A DNA stretch of 64,000 nt, from NCBI GenBank assembly GCA_002633005.1, contig NMRA01001012.1, positions 1 to 64,000 on the forward strand, read 5' to 3'. Each line of letters opens with the position of its first letter. Positions within the stretch are counted from its first letter, which is position 1. This document shows positions 24,493 through 37,121 of this stretch, piece after piece. The translations under genes and the position numbers were made by a program. The stretch is from Phoronis australis. Its lineage: Eukaryota > Animalia > Phoronida. Under the pieces are notes generated by a model. That model searched no databases. It was not told where the DNA came from and worked only from the letters and a program-made list of their open reading frames with translations.

Positions 24493-27400
24493 TCTTGTTA
24501 TTTTGTGAATAAGTGCACACAGCAGGCTGCCAGTGATCCAGTGTTTGGAAGAGAAGCAGTGGCGGAGACACCCTCTATCAGGACGAATTCCACGACTAAT
24601 CGAGGTATACAGAATATCTCTACGGACACCAAGCAATTCCAGGACAAGGGTGATTTTAGACCTTTATGTTTGTTTTGTAAACAAGAACATGATATTGACA
24701 AATATTTTTTTCTAGGTAAGCCCGTAAGTGAAAGTAAAGCCTTTTTTAAAGACAATCATTTGTTTTATGGCTGTTTGTGAAGAAACCATACGTCCAAGGG
24801 GTGCTTGAAGAAGAGAGTATGCGGCAAGTGTTCGAGACGTCACCCCACCTGTCTGCACGACGATCAGACGATAGACGGCGGTAGCAAGAGTCAGTAGACC
24901 GATGTGAAGAATTCCAGTGCAGGTGAGGTCCATTGTGATGGTCAATATTGCATGTCGACTGATATTAAATGAACTTCGATAAGCTATTCTTCCAGTAAGA
25001 GTTCGCCACGAATCTTCTAGTGTGGCTGTGGATACCTACGCGTTCTACAACCAAAAAAGTACTGCCTGCTTCGTGTCAGATCAGCTGCGGGAACAACTAA
25101 GTGCTCCTTCTGTACCCACGAAGCTTCGTCTCAACACCATGCATGGAACCTCCTTCGTTGAGTCGCAGATTGTCAGTGGTCTCACTGTGATAGACTGGGA
25201 AGGTCATAACGCTGTCCTGTTACCCAAGGCATTCTCACGTCATGAAATACCAGTAAGTCATCGCCACATCCCGAGATCTGAGATTTTACGAAAATCGGTG
25301 AGTCTAGTGAACTTGGCTAGTCGTATTCCCGAGTTTGTACCTGACCTTGACATTGGTATGTTAATTGGTAGTGATTGTCCAAGAACTTTGAAACCACTTG
25401 ATGTCTTTCCAGCGAGTGACCAGGGGCCATTTGGTGTTCGACTACGTCATGGATGGACCGTGAACGGACCAACCAAAGCTTCGGTTGAGAGCAACTATAC
25501 AGTTTTGTGTAATCAGGTTGCAGTCAAGGATTTGAGCGTCACCGATGATAAAACAGGCAAACATGATTACGACAAGATTCTCCAGGTGCTCGAGCGAGAC
25601 TTCAATGATTCTAAAGGACTTCATTCCGACGAATGCAGCCTGTCAATGGAGGTCAAACGGTTTATGGACATAGTAGAGGAGGGAATTCACAACCAAAATG
25701 GTCATTATGTGGTTCCAATGCCCTTTTGTGAACGCAACCACACCATGGCAAATAACAGGGTACAGGCCATGCAGGGAGCACTGTGGCAGCGAAAGAAGAT
25801 GTTGCGATCCGACCGGTATCATCAAGACTACGTCACGTTTATGGTTTCCCTGATTGACAAAGGTCACCCCAAAGTAGTTCCTGATCACAAGTTATCTGAT
25901 GCGCCAGGACGTGTTTGGTATCTGCCTCATCACGGGATATACCACCCTAGAAAGCCAGAAAAGATAAGAGTAGTTTTTGACTGCAGCGCTAAATATGAAG
26001 GAGTCTCTTTGAATGATAGTCTGCTTCAAGGACCGGATTTTGTTAACTCTCTTGTCGGCGTGCTGGTACGGTTTTATGAGGAACCTGTGGTGATCGTAGG
26101 TGACGAAGAAACATAGTTCCATCAAGTTAGGGTACCAGAAGAACAGTGTGACTTTCTGCGCTTCCTGTGGTGGCCTAATAGGAATTTAAACTGTGAGCTG
26201 AGTGATTTTCAGTTGATAGTGCACATCTTTGGGGCTGTTTCATTGCCAAGTGTTTGTAATTATGTTCTGAAACGGATTCCCCAAGACAAAACAGTGTCGC
26301 AACGTGTCAACGAGACCATCCAGCACAATTTCTATGTTGACGACTGTCTGAAGTCAATAAAAAAGGAAGAAGGTGCCTTAGAATTGGTTAAGGAGCGTGC
26401 TCTTTGGGTGGATTCCGATTGACTAAGTTTCTCAGTAACCGCGCTGCGGTTATACGTTTAGTACCTCCAGAAGATAGATCGACTGTTGGGCAGGCAATTA
26501 CTTTTGATGATGACAACATCCACATTGAACGAGCTTTGAGAGTCCAATGGAACATCACGTCGGACGAGTTCCACTTTTCTGTCACCTTGACTTCCAAACC
26601 AGCAACACACAGAGGCATTCTGTTTACAATTTTGTCTATTTTGACCCCCTTTGATTTGTTGCTCCTCTTATCCTGCCGGCGAAGAAACTGCTACAAGACT
26701 TATGCAGGTCCACTTCTGTAGACTGGGACGACGAAGTTCAAGGTGAGTACAGTATTCTCTGGCAAAAATGGCTCTATGGTATATCTGCACTCCAGAATGT
26801 GACTGTTAGATGTTGATTGAAGCCTGTCTTGTTTGGTAAAGTCTCATCATGTCAGCTTCATCTCTTCTCTGATGCCAGCACCGTTGGTTATGCGTCGGCC
26901 GCTTATCTGCGTCTGTACAACAGCGAGGGCCAGATTCACTGCTCATTCCTCATGGGCAAACCAAGGGTTGCACCTCAGAAAAGGACTGTGACTGTTCCCC
27001 GACTGGAGCTTACGGCGGCCACTGTCTCCATTTGTCTTAGTCGCATTGTGCTAAGAGATGTAAGGTACCTGATACTGTTACATGCCACACAGATTCCACA
27101 GCTGTACTGAATTTCATACGTAATGAGATCAAACGATTTCCTATCTTTATAGCAAACCGAGTGCAACAGATTCGTGACTTCTCGGAGCCTGAACAGGGGA
27201 GGTACGTCGACACCAGTTGCAATGCGGCCGACGATGGTTCAAGAGGTGTTACTACTCGGAGTTGTTTCTTCAACCAGAGGCGATGGCTAGACGGTCTAGA
27301 GTTTCTGTGGAAAGCCGAGAGCTATTGGCATGTTAAATCAACTGTTTTGCATGATTTGCCTCATGATTCTGATTTTACAGCTACTGTTGCAGCAGTCTCC

Positions 27401-28620
27401 GCTGATGGTGAAGATACAGGTGACGACATGGATCCGCTAAACGCCCTTATCTCCCATTATTCTAGTTGGTATCGCCTATGCAGAGCTGTTGTTTACCTTC
27501 TCCGACTGAAGTCATTCCTACGAAAACGAGCCAGGAAAAAGCTTGATAACATTAGCAAAAATTCAAGCCGCCGAAGTTGAAGTTATCCGTCACGTACAGC
27601 GCAAGCATTTATGTCCGGAAAATGAGGTACTAAGGAAGCAACGAGACTCCACTCAGTCAACGGTGAAGCCTGGTGTATCGCGGAAGAGGTCGGTTTTCAG
27701 CTTGGATCCGTTTCTAGATGGTGAAGACCTTATCAGGGTTCGTGGAGTTTGCATTTCTGCTTCCGGGGGGAGTGTTAATGCAGGCAGTGCATGTATATAG
27801 TTTCCCAATTTTCCTAGAGATGGCGTTCTCAATCTCCTAGTGCCTCAGTTATATTTTTAGGGCGTTGTCTCGGGGTTTAGTCATGATTTAAGCAATCCCC
27901 ACCTTTCGGTGGTATTATTTCCATTGGTTGTGTAAGTTGACATACTGTCTGGGCCAATCAGCTTTCTAGGTTTTCGCGGAGTATTTAAACGTCCGAACAT
28001 TACAGTTGCCTTATTCTCTCCTGGATTGTCATATGTATCGTGTGTTGATTACCAGACTGTTTTTGAGGCAAACGCTGTAACTATACATTTGGTTATCGTT
28101 CAACGTTAGATACCGATTTTTTGGATAGCTGTACATTTGTAGCTTGCGTTTTGTCAGCTGTAGACTGGACTATTATTATGCAGACTCAGACATGCTGTTG
28201 CGTTGCAACCATTGTGCTTTTTGGTAGTCAATTATTATGTTTACGGATTTCTTGGTGTATGTATGTTTCTGTTTTGTGAACTAGTTTTGCGGAGTGCTAC
28301 AGTTGTCTATACGAGTTGTTCTGTCTTGGAACTTTAGGGGTTTATTCCGCCATGTTTTTTCCTGAGTTTGTATTTCCTCAAGTGCGGTTTCCATTAGACA
28401 TTAATTAAACATTACGTAGAAGGTGTAACGATATCTTGGTGGTTGCTAGATGCTAATAGTATAGTTTAGACTTAGTAAATTAGACTGTTTTTTGTAAACG
28501 GTTCAGATAACCGATATGAACACCGATGCAATACGATGTATCAACGATAAACGATGAACGTAATAAAGTATATCGAGTTGTAGACGCCTCTTTCACTATT
28601 GCATCAACGTTTGAGCAACA
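24493..28620 (+). mobile_element. BEL/Pao LTR retrotransposon, decayed, 5'-truncated, integrase deleted
   Basis: gag ASDPVFG plus zinc-knuckle remnants, degenerate protease, RT WYLPHHGIYHPRKPEKIRVVFDCSA..SLNDSLLQGPD and FYVDD, Pao RNase H LHLFSDAS/PRLELTAA/DSTAVL, LDPFLD..LIRVRG, then PPT GGGGGGAG and 3' LTR. Confidence 0.92.
27773..28620 (+). repeat. BEL/Pao 3' LTR (~850 bp)
   Basis: Starts TGTT directly after the polypurine tract; TATTTAAA at ~27983; AATAAA at 28562; ends AACA. Confidence 0.7.
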
Positions 28621-28710
28621 ATACTACTATTACTGCCATTACTACTATTACCACTATTACTACTATTACTCGATATCATTATAGTTATCATCATTATTAA
28701 TAATAATATT
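28621..28710. repeat. (TAC/TAT)n low-complexity microsatellite
   Basis: ATACTACTATTACTGCCATTACTACTATTACC... directly after the LTR. Confidence 0.8.
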
Positions 28711-30538
28711 TTTGAATTTAATAAACGAGGACAGTGCAATATGCACAATACATGTTTAGCAAAGTGCTAAGACATCATGGTCCCCAAAGTTTTTAGAATC
28801 ATCTCATTTATGATTCAATGTTTTCACTGGGCTTCACATACTGTACTGCGAGAGCAGTTTCAAAGGATTTTAAAAGGGTTCCGGTTTTCAGCCTTAACGA
28901 TATCGTGAGAAACTTTTTTCAGCTGTGAATGCAGAGTAAGCCTATACTTTTTAGAAACGAGGAGGTTGAGAATGATGGTCTTGTTTAGACTTGCGCCAAC
29001 TTCAAAAATTAATTATTTCTGAACTATCGGCGGGCAATTGTTTGTAAATATAACTATATTCTTCTGTAGGTTGCCACAAAGATTGGAATTCAGACCCCAA
29101 TCATTAGATTGTGACTTACATCTAAACGTGAGGATACGCACCATTAATCATTTTGGTCTCTTTTTGAAAACATTCCTTTTCAAAGAACAATGATGTGTAA
29201 GTTCAAAAATTGCGTTAACTTGCACTCTGGAGGCAGACCTTTTTCTAGAACTAGCGACTAATCGGTTATGGCTGCGGTCACCGGGTCATTAGAATAGCTG
29301 GTAACGTACATGCAAAACGAGCAACAATTTTATGTGGAACGGATCCCAGTATTCTTAGAAAACATAGTGATTTAACTGAGTGATTTCACATTGGTTTCAT
29401 TGGAAGTGGATTGCATGGAAAAAACGGTCAACGTCGAAGTCAGCAATGTTTAATATCCGCTTTACATGCGATGTATCAAAAGGGTTAATATATCAAATGT
29501 CCTTATCTGCCGACAACCACGGGTGTTGCTCACACCGAGTGGCAACACAAAAAATGGCGCCTCATGAGACACGTGGCTTCACTTCAATTAATAGTAGAAT
29601 GTCCAATCTTTGTCATTATTTGTATGTGCTTCGAACTATAGAACAATGACCAAAAAGCAATTTTAATTCATGTTATATCTCAACAGATATTAGGAAGAGA
29701 AAGTGCATGTTTGTGTAGTCCGAAAGGCCGACAGTCAGCTTTTTTACCCCTTTAAACTATCGACCTAGACTCGATTTTAGCAAAATGACCATGCCGTTTC
29801 AGAGTGCCAAAATACTTTCTATGTTGTCAGCTAGGCTTCTCATGTTTACGTATACTCGTTATGATTTGATTTGTTGTCACCACCACTATTTCGGACAGGT
29901 TTGACATCATGGGAACAATTATATTTTTCAGCTTTTAAGAGTCACTCCATGAGAACGTCAGGCAGTTTGCAATATTCTGGGAACGTGACATGTCACGAAC
30001 TTTAAATTTGATATAGTATACATATCACTTGGGGTGAATTAGTTTTGCCTTTCGTTACTTTGTAAATATACATGTATAACGTCTACCCATTTAGACCTAC
30101 ATAGAGGCCTATGTAATTCAAGCGCGGAAAATCGCTCACCACCCACACATGGGTTCTGTGATCGCCTTTGACAAGATGTCTTTATTTCCGTGGACAGCAC
30201 CTTTTTTAATTTACTCTTAAGCGAAGGCACTTCCACCGCTTTCACCTGTTTCATACTGCCACAAATGGAGGGCGGCAAAACAGAAAATATGATCCAATTT
30301 GGAAGGTGAGCTACGTAAGAGTTCAAAACATGGGCTGTATGCAGTTACATAGACTTGACTATTTTTTCTCAGAAATCTTACTGTGATTAATCATACCATC
30401 TGAGAACCAGTTTCAGACGTATATGTGGTCTAAAACAAAAGTTAAATATGTGATTAAATGGAATATTCTTTCATAGCTTGTTTTTTAAAAAACGACTTGT
30501 ATTCTAATGCTTACAACTAAGTTACTTATTTCAACAGG

Positions 30539-30875
30539 AACTGTGGTTGCTTGGAAAGCATGTGGCATCGGAGATGGGATGGTTTCGGAGAATCCTGCTT
30601 CTGATTAAAACCAGTAGAACTAGTGGTTGAGGTATGTCATGCTGCATCCTCGAGACCTTTCACTAGTTTTAGGGCTCGAAAGACAAAGATGTTCCTGTGT
30701 CCAAAAGATGGCTGCAACAGCACTTTTGCCTTTCGAAACGAATTCGAGCAGCAAGTTAGCATGGGATGGCATGATGAACAGACAACAGCACTTGAAGATC
30801 ATCGCTATGATGTGGGGAGGAAGTGGGCTGCCAAAGTCACTGGTATTGAAATATCAGGTGCCGGTAAATTTTTTA
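30539..30875 (+). pseudogene. Degenerate C-terminal DNA transposase fragment with C2H2-like motif (Sola-like, tentative)
   Basis: Acceptor-like tttcaacag then TVVAWKACGIGDG, and MFLCPKDGCNSTF...YDVGRKWAAKV; similar in style to WxAYxIGxG / FxCPxxGC regions of invertebrate transposases. Confidence 0.35.
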
Positions 30876-31687
30876 GTTTACCAAGAAACTACTCATATTA
30901 AAACCAATGAAAAGAACATAGACACACAACTATGAACTCAAGCTGGCACATTTGATGGAATTTCAGTCAAAGAATCTGAGAAAGAAGGCATTAAGTGTGT
31001 TAACCGTTTTCCTCCGTTTGACAAATACCATGCAAACTCATGAAATATGACGTCTCATTCGTAAAATGTAACAATGGTACATTTCTCGCATGTGCATTCG
31101 TGTCATGAACTCTCATGAAGTTAATTAAGTGCAAATTTCATCACTTCCTATGACGTACAACTATCCCAGCAAATCAGTTTATGCTATATAACAATTACAG
31201 ACATCTTGTGTTGTTGTTTACTATCCCACTCATAGTGAAACCCTGTATGCCAAATAGCTGTTCAGACTTCATTCATGTTTATGAGTTGGATGAAATCACC
31301 GGAACTCTCAATATTGTTGTTGTTTTGCACTCACAACCCACACATATTTCTATTCACTATATATATTGTAGCTAGAGTTAATAAACTTTGTGTGTCAGTA
31401 GAAACTCAACGACTGTGTCAGTTTTTATGCTGCTCTCCATCGACTTGCTGTTGCTACCTTGTTAGCCAACTATCTAACGTTCAACCAAGAACCGGGTAAC
31501 CCCATCTATACTTCCACTACCTATCCCCACATTAGTGGAATCCGTGTCTCCACATTGCTGATATTTCCATCAATTCGACCTAAATTGTAACAATTACATA
31601 AAATGTATCAACTTCTTACATTTCAAGAGAGGCCTAGCAACGTACAATATAACAATGACGTAAAATGTAACAGTTGTTACATTTTAC

Positions 31688-31961
31688 GTAGAATATAAAT
31701 TGGTAAATAAAACAACAAGAATGGATCAACTGAAATTTTCGGATGTAATAACGTCCTTTGTCAACAGAAACAGAAATAAAGTAAAATCAAACACTAGATT
31801 TTACTTTACTTTATTTCTGATTCTGTTGACAAAGGACGTTATTACATCCGAAAATTTCAGTTGATCCATTCTTGTTGTTTTATTTACCAATTTATATTCT
31901 ACATTTCGTGAAACAAAAGTATCCTTGGGAGGATCTAGTTAGATTTATTTTCTACTTTATT
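31688..31961 (+). mobile_element. Penelope-like element terminal remnant (inverted pseudo-LTR pair) with 11-bp TSD
   Basis: Near-perfect ~95-bp inverted arms (31688-~31788 and ~31798-31902), TTACATTTTAC at 31677-31687 and 31962-31972, and a hammerhead-like core TTGACAAAGGAC...TCCGAAA at 31826-31853. Confidence 0.65.
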
Positions 31962-32383
31962 TTACATTTTACAAAATTGTAACTTTTTACGGCGTATCAG
32001 AGCCCCTCCACTTCTCAGACTTAATAATGATTGCTGTAATCCACTCCCAACTGAAGCTAAATCGTTCTTGAAACAAGTCCCAATGACAATGCCGATAAAA
32101 TGGTTATTGATCAACCGAGAAAGAAAGTATGACCGCGGGTACCATTATATATTCATTGTTATTGTTCTGTTACTGAATGTCGAAAGTAGTTCTGTCTTGC
32201 ATGTTAATTGTCATACAAAACAAAGAGTGTGCTCGGCAGTTAACACAGGAACAAAACAACAGCGTATGAAAACCGGCGAGCCCAGACTTAATTGCGCATC
32301 CTAGCATCAAACAGATCAGTTAACTAAATCCATGGTTGGTTTCAACAGGTTCTAATAATCGACGCGCAGCTCCATCTCCCCGA

Positions 32384-32755
32384 ATGGTTGGTCTTGGAAG
32401 TGTTGTTTTAGCTTTTCTCGGCACTGGAATTTTGCGTGTAGCTTCTGAACCACAACCACTATACGGTAATGTTGTGAACATATGTGCGGCTTCGAAAACC
32501 TGTAAGGCGCGCGTCACGTCGGTATCTAGCACATTCGTGTCGACCTTTTATAGTTTGAAATCAGCTAGAAGCGACATTGAATGCACCTTAATTTGTAAAA
32601 GAGACTCAGAAAAATGCGTATCTGCTTTGTGGGATAATGCAGTCGGCCTGTGTTATCTGTACTCCCAACAACCCGCTACTAATGGCCACGTTCTTTCGTC
32701 AGCGGAAGCCTCGAACACTGAAGGTAGAAAACTGATATCGTTGGAACCCAAGGTG
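32384..32755 (+). CDS. First coding exon: signal peptide plus PAN/Apple-like domain
   Basis: MVGLGSVVLAFLGTGILRVAS hydrophobic leader; SDIECTLICKRDSEKCVSALWDNAVGLCYL (CxxxC...C......C PAN pattern); strong donor GTG|gtaagt. Confidence 0.78.
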
Positions 32756-33199
32756 GTAAGTTGGTTTCGTCAGAGCCTCACTAACAATCGCATGCACAGC
32801 CATGCTAGAGGTCGCAGAAATCTTGCCTTGCAATTTTTTTCATTGCCTGTATGTCACAGGTTTGGTTCTGGGGCGTCTTGTTCCACTGTCCATTGCGAGT
32901 TTCATTGACAGGCAAATCACTCAGTTATGCTTAAAATGTGGCATAAAGACGTTGAAACCTGAAAAACTGTAGATGCTTTGTTTAAAATTAATGTTTCAAA
33001 ATAATATTATTTCAAATGTGGTTAATGATAACCACAATTATCTTTCCTGCTTGGTCACTCTTTCTAACCGAACACGTTTTTACTGATAACTGGCTCTGTA
33101 AAAACGTCAGCACTTTAGCAAGTTCCTCGGCATATGTTGCTTAGAGCACTCGGAGTTATGTAAGACTTTATCAACAAGTATGTGCATTCAACCAAATAT

Positions 33200-33322
33200 C
33201 AGGGTCGGATCCTGGATTTTGAGTTTAGGGGGGCCAGGGCAGACATTCAAACCCTCGAGCTGCTTAATAATTTTAGGATGGCCATGGCCACCTTGCCCCC
33301 TCTCCCCCTAAACCCGACACTG
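33200..33322. mobile_element. Very short CAG...CTG MITE-like insertion
   Basis: CAGGGTCGGAT..TTTAGGGGG / CCCCCTAAACCCGACACTG imperfect inverted ends; no TSD recognised. Confidence 0.35.
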
Positions 33323-34497
33323 CTTACGTAAAGTTTATGAGACTGGACCAATTAATGGACTTTTTTACACACTTGCCAGAGTCGGAGAAATGAGTTGTGT
33401 GTCACGAGGAGGTGCTTTTAAAATCAGGTCGCCTCGCATAGCAAGGCGTCAGTGAGTTAAACGTAAAATTATCGCGGAGAAAAATGCCAGCGTAAAAAAC
33501 AAGACGACATTTAGAACTGGCTCGGAGAGAAGTAAGCGATGAAATCTCTGTACTCGGCTATGATGTTTGTTCAAATGTCAAAGTAACTGAGTAACTTTTT
33601 TAGAGTTTTCTAAGCTACGCTACAGCCGGAAACCGGCGGGACCACCGACAAGCGTTCTCTCAAGCAATAGCATTTCTAAAAATAACTCACGGCGTTAGTT
33701 TAATGTTTGAATACCACCTACAATCCTCTGTGAATCCTACAGATAACGAAGGGCAATATCTTAACGCACACAAATCGTCTCCCGGTTTCTAAATAACGCC
33801 ACTGTCAGAACTGAATAAGTCAGTGTATCACTCCACTAACCTTCAGGATTTATGCCGGGGTATCTACTTGAGCATATGCACGTGTTGAAGTTTATTAGGA
33901 CTGTTTCTCGATTGCTTTCCGCTATTAACTGTACGGTCGAAGCACACATAACTATTAGAATTAAAACATACAGTTATTGCTATATACTTGGGGTTCATGG
34001 CAACAAGGCCGTCCCGAATTACACAGCGACACTGGAATCTCGTTGTATTTACCCACAATGTCGTAAGCATTCGTCAGACACATTTGCTGCCTCGTTTTCG
34101 AGCCACTAGAGTTTCATATGTTATTTGTTATATGTTATTCTTAACAAGTTTTTCTCGGTTGCATTTCTCTATTTGTTCTCCCTATGCTAACGAAGTATTA
34201 AGTGTTGTGATGTGGGCTGCAACACCGGCGTGAAAAAGTTTTATAAATTGGACAAATACGCGTGGATGCGTGAGCTGAAATTACTTGCCTTCCCGACATT
34301 AATGAGAAACATGAAAGTGTGCCTGGTTTGAAAAACTAAATCACGCACTTTATTATCTCCATAATAAGGGCGAATAAAAGTTATCTATAAATGCATAAAT
34401 ATATATCCTGTTGAGTGACAATATCTGACGAGTGCAGTTTTCAAATGCATATTATATGCTACTGTTACTGGGAAGCGAAACTTGTCAGTTCGCGTTT

Positions 34498-34990
34498 ATT
34501 CCAGGAATCGTCATGAAAAATGCTTGGAAAACTATGCCTTGACATTGTTGTTGTCTATGCAGAGCAAAAAATCGTTATCACATAAATACATGCAAGGTTG
34601 ATTACATTGAGCCTACTTCAACCGACATTACCACAGTGGCGTTTCATATTTTAATATTTAAATATCCTTTCCAAGAATAGTCATGTAAAAATGCTTGAGA
34701 TTGTGCCTCGGAGATGTTGTTCTCAATACAGGGTAAAAATCGTTATCAGATAAATACACATGTACACAGACGTTCTCTTGTACTAAACAAGGTTGATTGC
34801 ATTCAATTCAACTGACATTACAATAGTCACGTTTAAGTTTGCGTTATTTCCAAGAATCGCCATGAAAAAATGCTTGAAATGCTATTCCCAGAAATTGTTG
34901 TTCACATTGCAGGGTAAAGAATTGTTATCAGAAAAATACAATTGCACAAGCGTTCTCTCCTACTTGGAAAACTTGGTAACATTCCATTCA
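34498..34990. repeat. Three diverged ~170-180 bp tandem units
   Basis: TTCCA(G/A)GAAT.G.CATG.AAAAATGCTTG...CAG.G.AAA.A.T.GTTATCA.A.AAATACA at ~34499, ~34669 and ~34848. Confidence 0.75.
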
Positions 34991-34991
34991 A

Positions 34992-35730
34992 CGGAGAATG
35001 CCACCCAGTTTATATCAATTCAGATCGAGTGGCTCCACTCGATAACAGCAGGTACAGCTCTTTTACCTGACGGCAGACGGAGGTGTTAAAATTAACTAAT
35101 GACTTTAGAAGTTCGAATGCAGTCTGTTCCAGCAGTTCCCAACACGCTTACTGGGGTCAGCTTATCGCTTGAACTCATAGTTTTACACCAATAAATCATC
35201 AAAATTCGATGTAAAACCCTTGAAAATACATTATTAAACAAACGTTTATTTTATTTTATTTCACTGTTTACGGATTTTTAAGTATTTGAACGTATTCTGT
35301 AGCTTAAAAAGTTCGGTAGGCCAATTTACCGCAAGGTCGGTCGCGGGAGTTTGGGAACTGTTTGGTAATAAATTCAAATTATTCTTTCGTGAAATACAGG
35401 CAGGAGAACATACATGTAGCTGCGTGTTGTAATTTTAAACTTGCGATTTTTCAGTTCGAAGCACACCAAATGCTTGCTATGCAGGCCAGTGGCTCAGAAC
35501 CCGTTCAGGTCCATCGCGGCCGGCCTGAAGACATCGCGAACATAAACCAGCCAAAGTTAGAAACTAAACTTCCAGTAACGAAAACACTGTACTAATGAGC
35601 CAAAGAAAAAAAAACGGTGATTATTTTGGTGAATTAGCCGCAAAACTGCAAATCTACTTACTAGCTCGTCGGGAGCCCCGAAGTTAGTTTTCCTTTACAC
35701 AGAACCGTCAGGGAAAAAGTTATACAGAAA
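34992..35730 (-). mobile_element. Terminal fragment of the Kolobok-like family also at 52108-53730 (inverted copy)
   Basis: Colinear reverse-complement similarity to ~52945-53730 (e.g. CCTGACGGCAGACGGAGGTGTT, CACCAATAAATCATCAA, CACAGAACCGTCAGGG); starts with the TIR-like GGAGAATGCCACCC. Confidence 0.75.
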
Positions 35731-36334
35731 CAATGTATATGAATATCGAAGTAAAGAGTCCCCTAGCATCTGACCATAAGATATAAAATGGAGTTATTCC
35801 TTCACAACACCTTTCTGTCAGCAAACACTGAATTAGCATGCGCTCACACCGCCTCGTTGTCAATTAGCAGGTTTATTGCATCTAAAGCCGGTAACCTAAA
35901 TTCGAAGAAGTGTAGGCCCGTAGGCGGGGGGGGGGGTTCGCGGGGTTCGATCCAACTCAGAAAATGTCCATCCCCATCCTCTCCCTTAAAGACAGGATAT
36001 AGGTGGACAACAGCAACGAAATCGTTGCAGCTATTTGTAGCAATGCTAACTACAAGGATAACTAATTTAGTAATCATTCTGAATTTGCTTCCCCTTCAGC
36101 GTGTAGCTGACAGGATTGTCCAGGCGATTAGAGGAGGCTTTATGTTATTCATCGCCATTGAACGGGCGTGGTGGCTACACCTAGACCGGGATCGCAGAGC
36201 TTTTTGGGCACGAAAAGATAACCAATTTTCTTTGGTGCCACATTGCTCTATGGGTATCGTATCCTGATGCTCGGATATGGCCGTGTGGCAGGTTCGCTCT
36301 GGTGGGTGTGGTCAGAGGAGCCACGAGAATGACA

Positions 36335-36670
36335 CTAAAAAATTGAGCTAGATCAACTTTTCTGGTAACCACTTCAAACTGCCTTGGAAACCTACTACGT
36401 AATCCACTGTATCAAAAGTAGTCACTGCCAGACAATTTCAGTGGTGGGGAGTGTCTGCCAGACGCTTATAAACAACCCTAGGTAAAAAATTGGGCTAGAT
36501 CAATCCAAGAGGTAGGCCCAACTGCATGAAACCAATTGCAAAATATTCACCGTGAGCCCAGGTATCACGAATGAACACTGCCAGACAAATCTAGTGGTGG
36601 GCTAGCCCCGCCAGAATCGCCCGAATACCCGAGTTGAGGTAGATCAACCCACCAGGTAACTGTTTGAAAC
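36335..36670. repeat. About 2.5 copies of a ~150 bp tandem unit
   Basis: AAAAAATTG.GCTAGATCAA...GGTA...GAAACC...CACTGCCAGACAA.T..AGTGGTGGG repeated at ~36337, ~36484 and (partial) ~36634. Confidence 0.7.
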
Positions 36671-37121
36671 CATAACTCAACATTACAACCTTACCAACCA
36701 ATCAGTTCAATGGCTGCCATTTTTTCAAGCTTACACTAAGAAAATTCCGCCTTTCACTCGCATGATATTCTGGGAACTTGAGTGATCTTGCTTTGCGAGT
36801 TTCTCGAATCTACGGAACGCTCCCCTGTGACCGAAATATTTCTGTTCGTTAGGTGACAGATGATAACAGCGAAGAATGTATTGCCAAGAACTGTTCATCG
36901 GGACTCGGTCATTGTCTCAAAGAGTGTAATAGCAACGCCACCATGTGTGTCGGTAAGTTCAACCACAGACTCCAGTCTGCATAAAGAGATTTTACAACCG
37001 TATTGCGTTTAGGCAGGAGCCAGTTAGGTGAGGAACCAGCACTTCTGCCATTCTGAAATCGAAGCTGCCATGCATCATGTAGGCAAGGGCACTATCTCAT
37101 CCATGATCATGAAGTGTTAAT

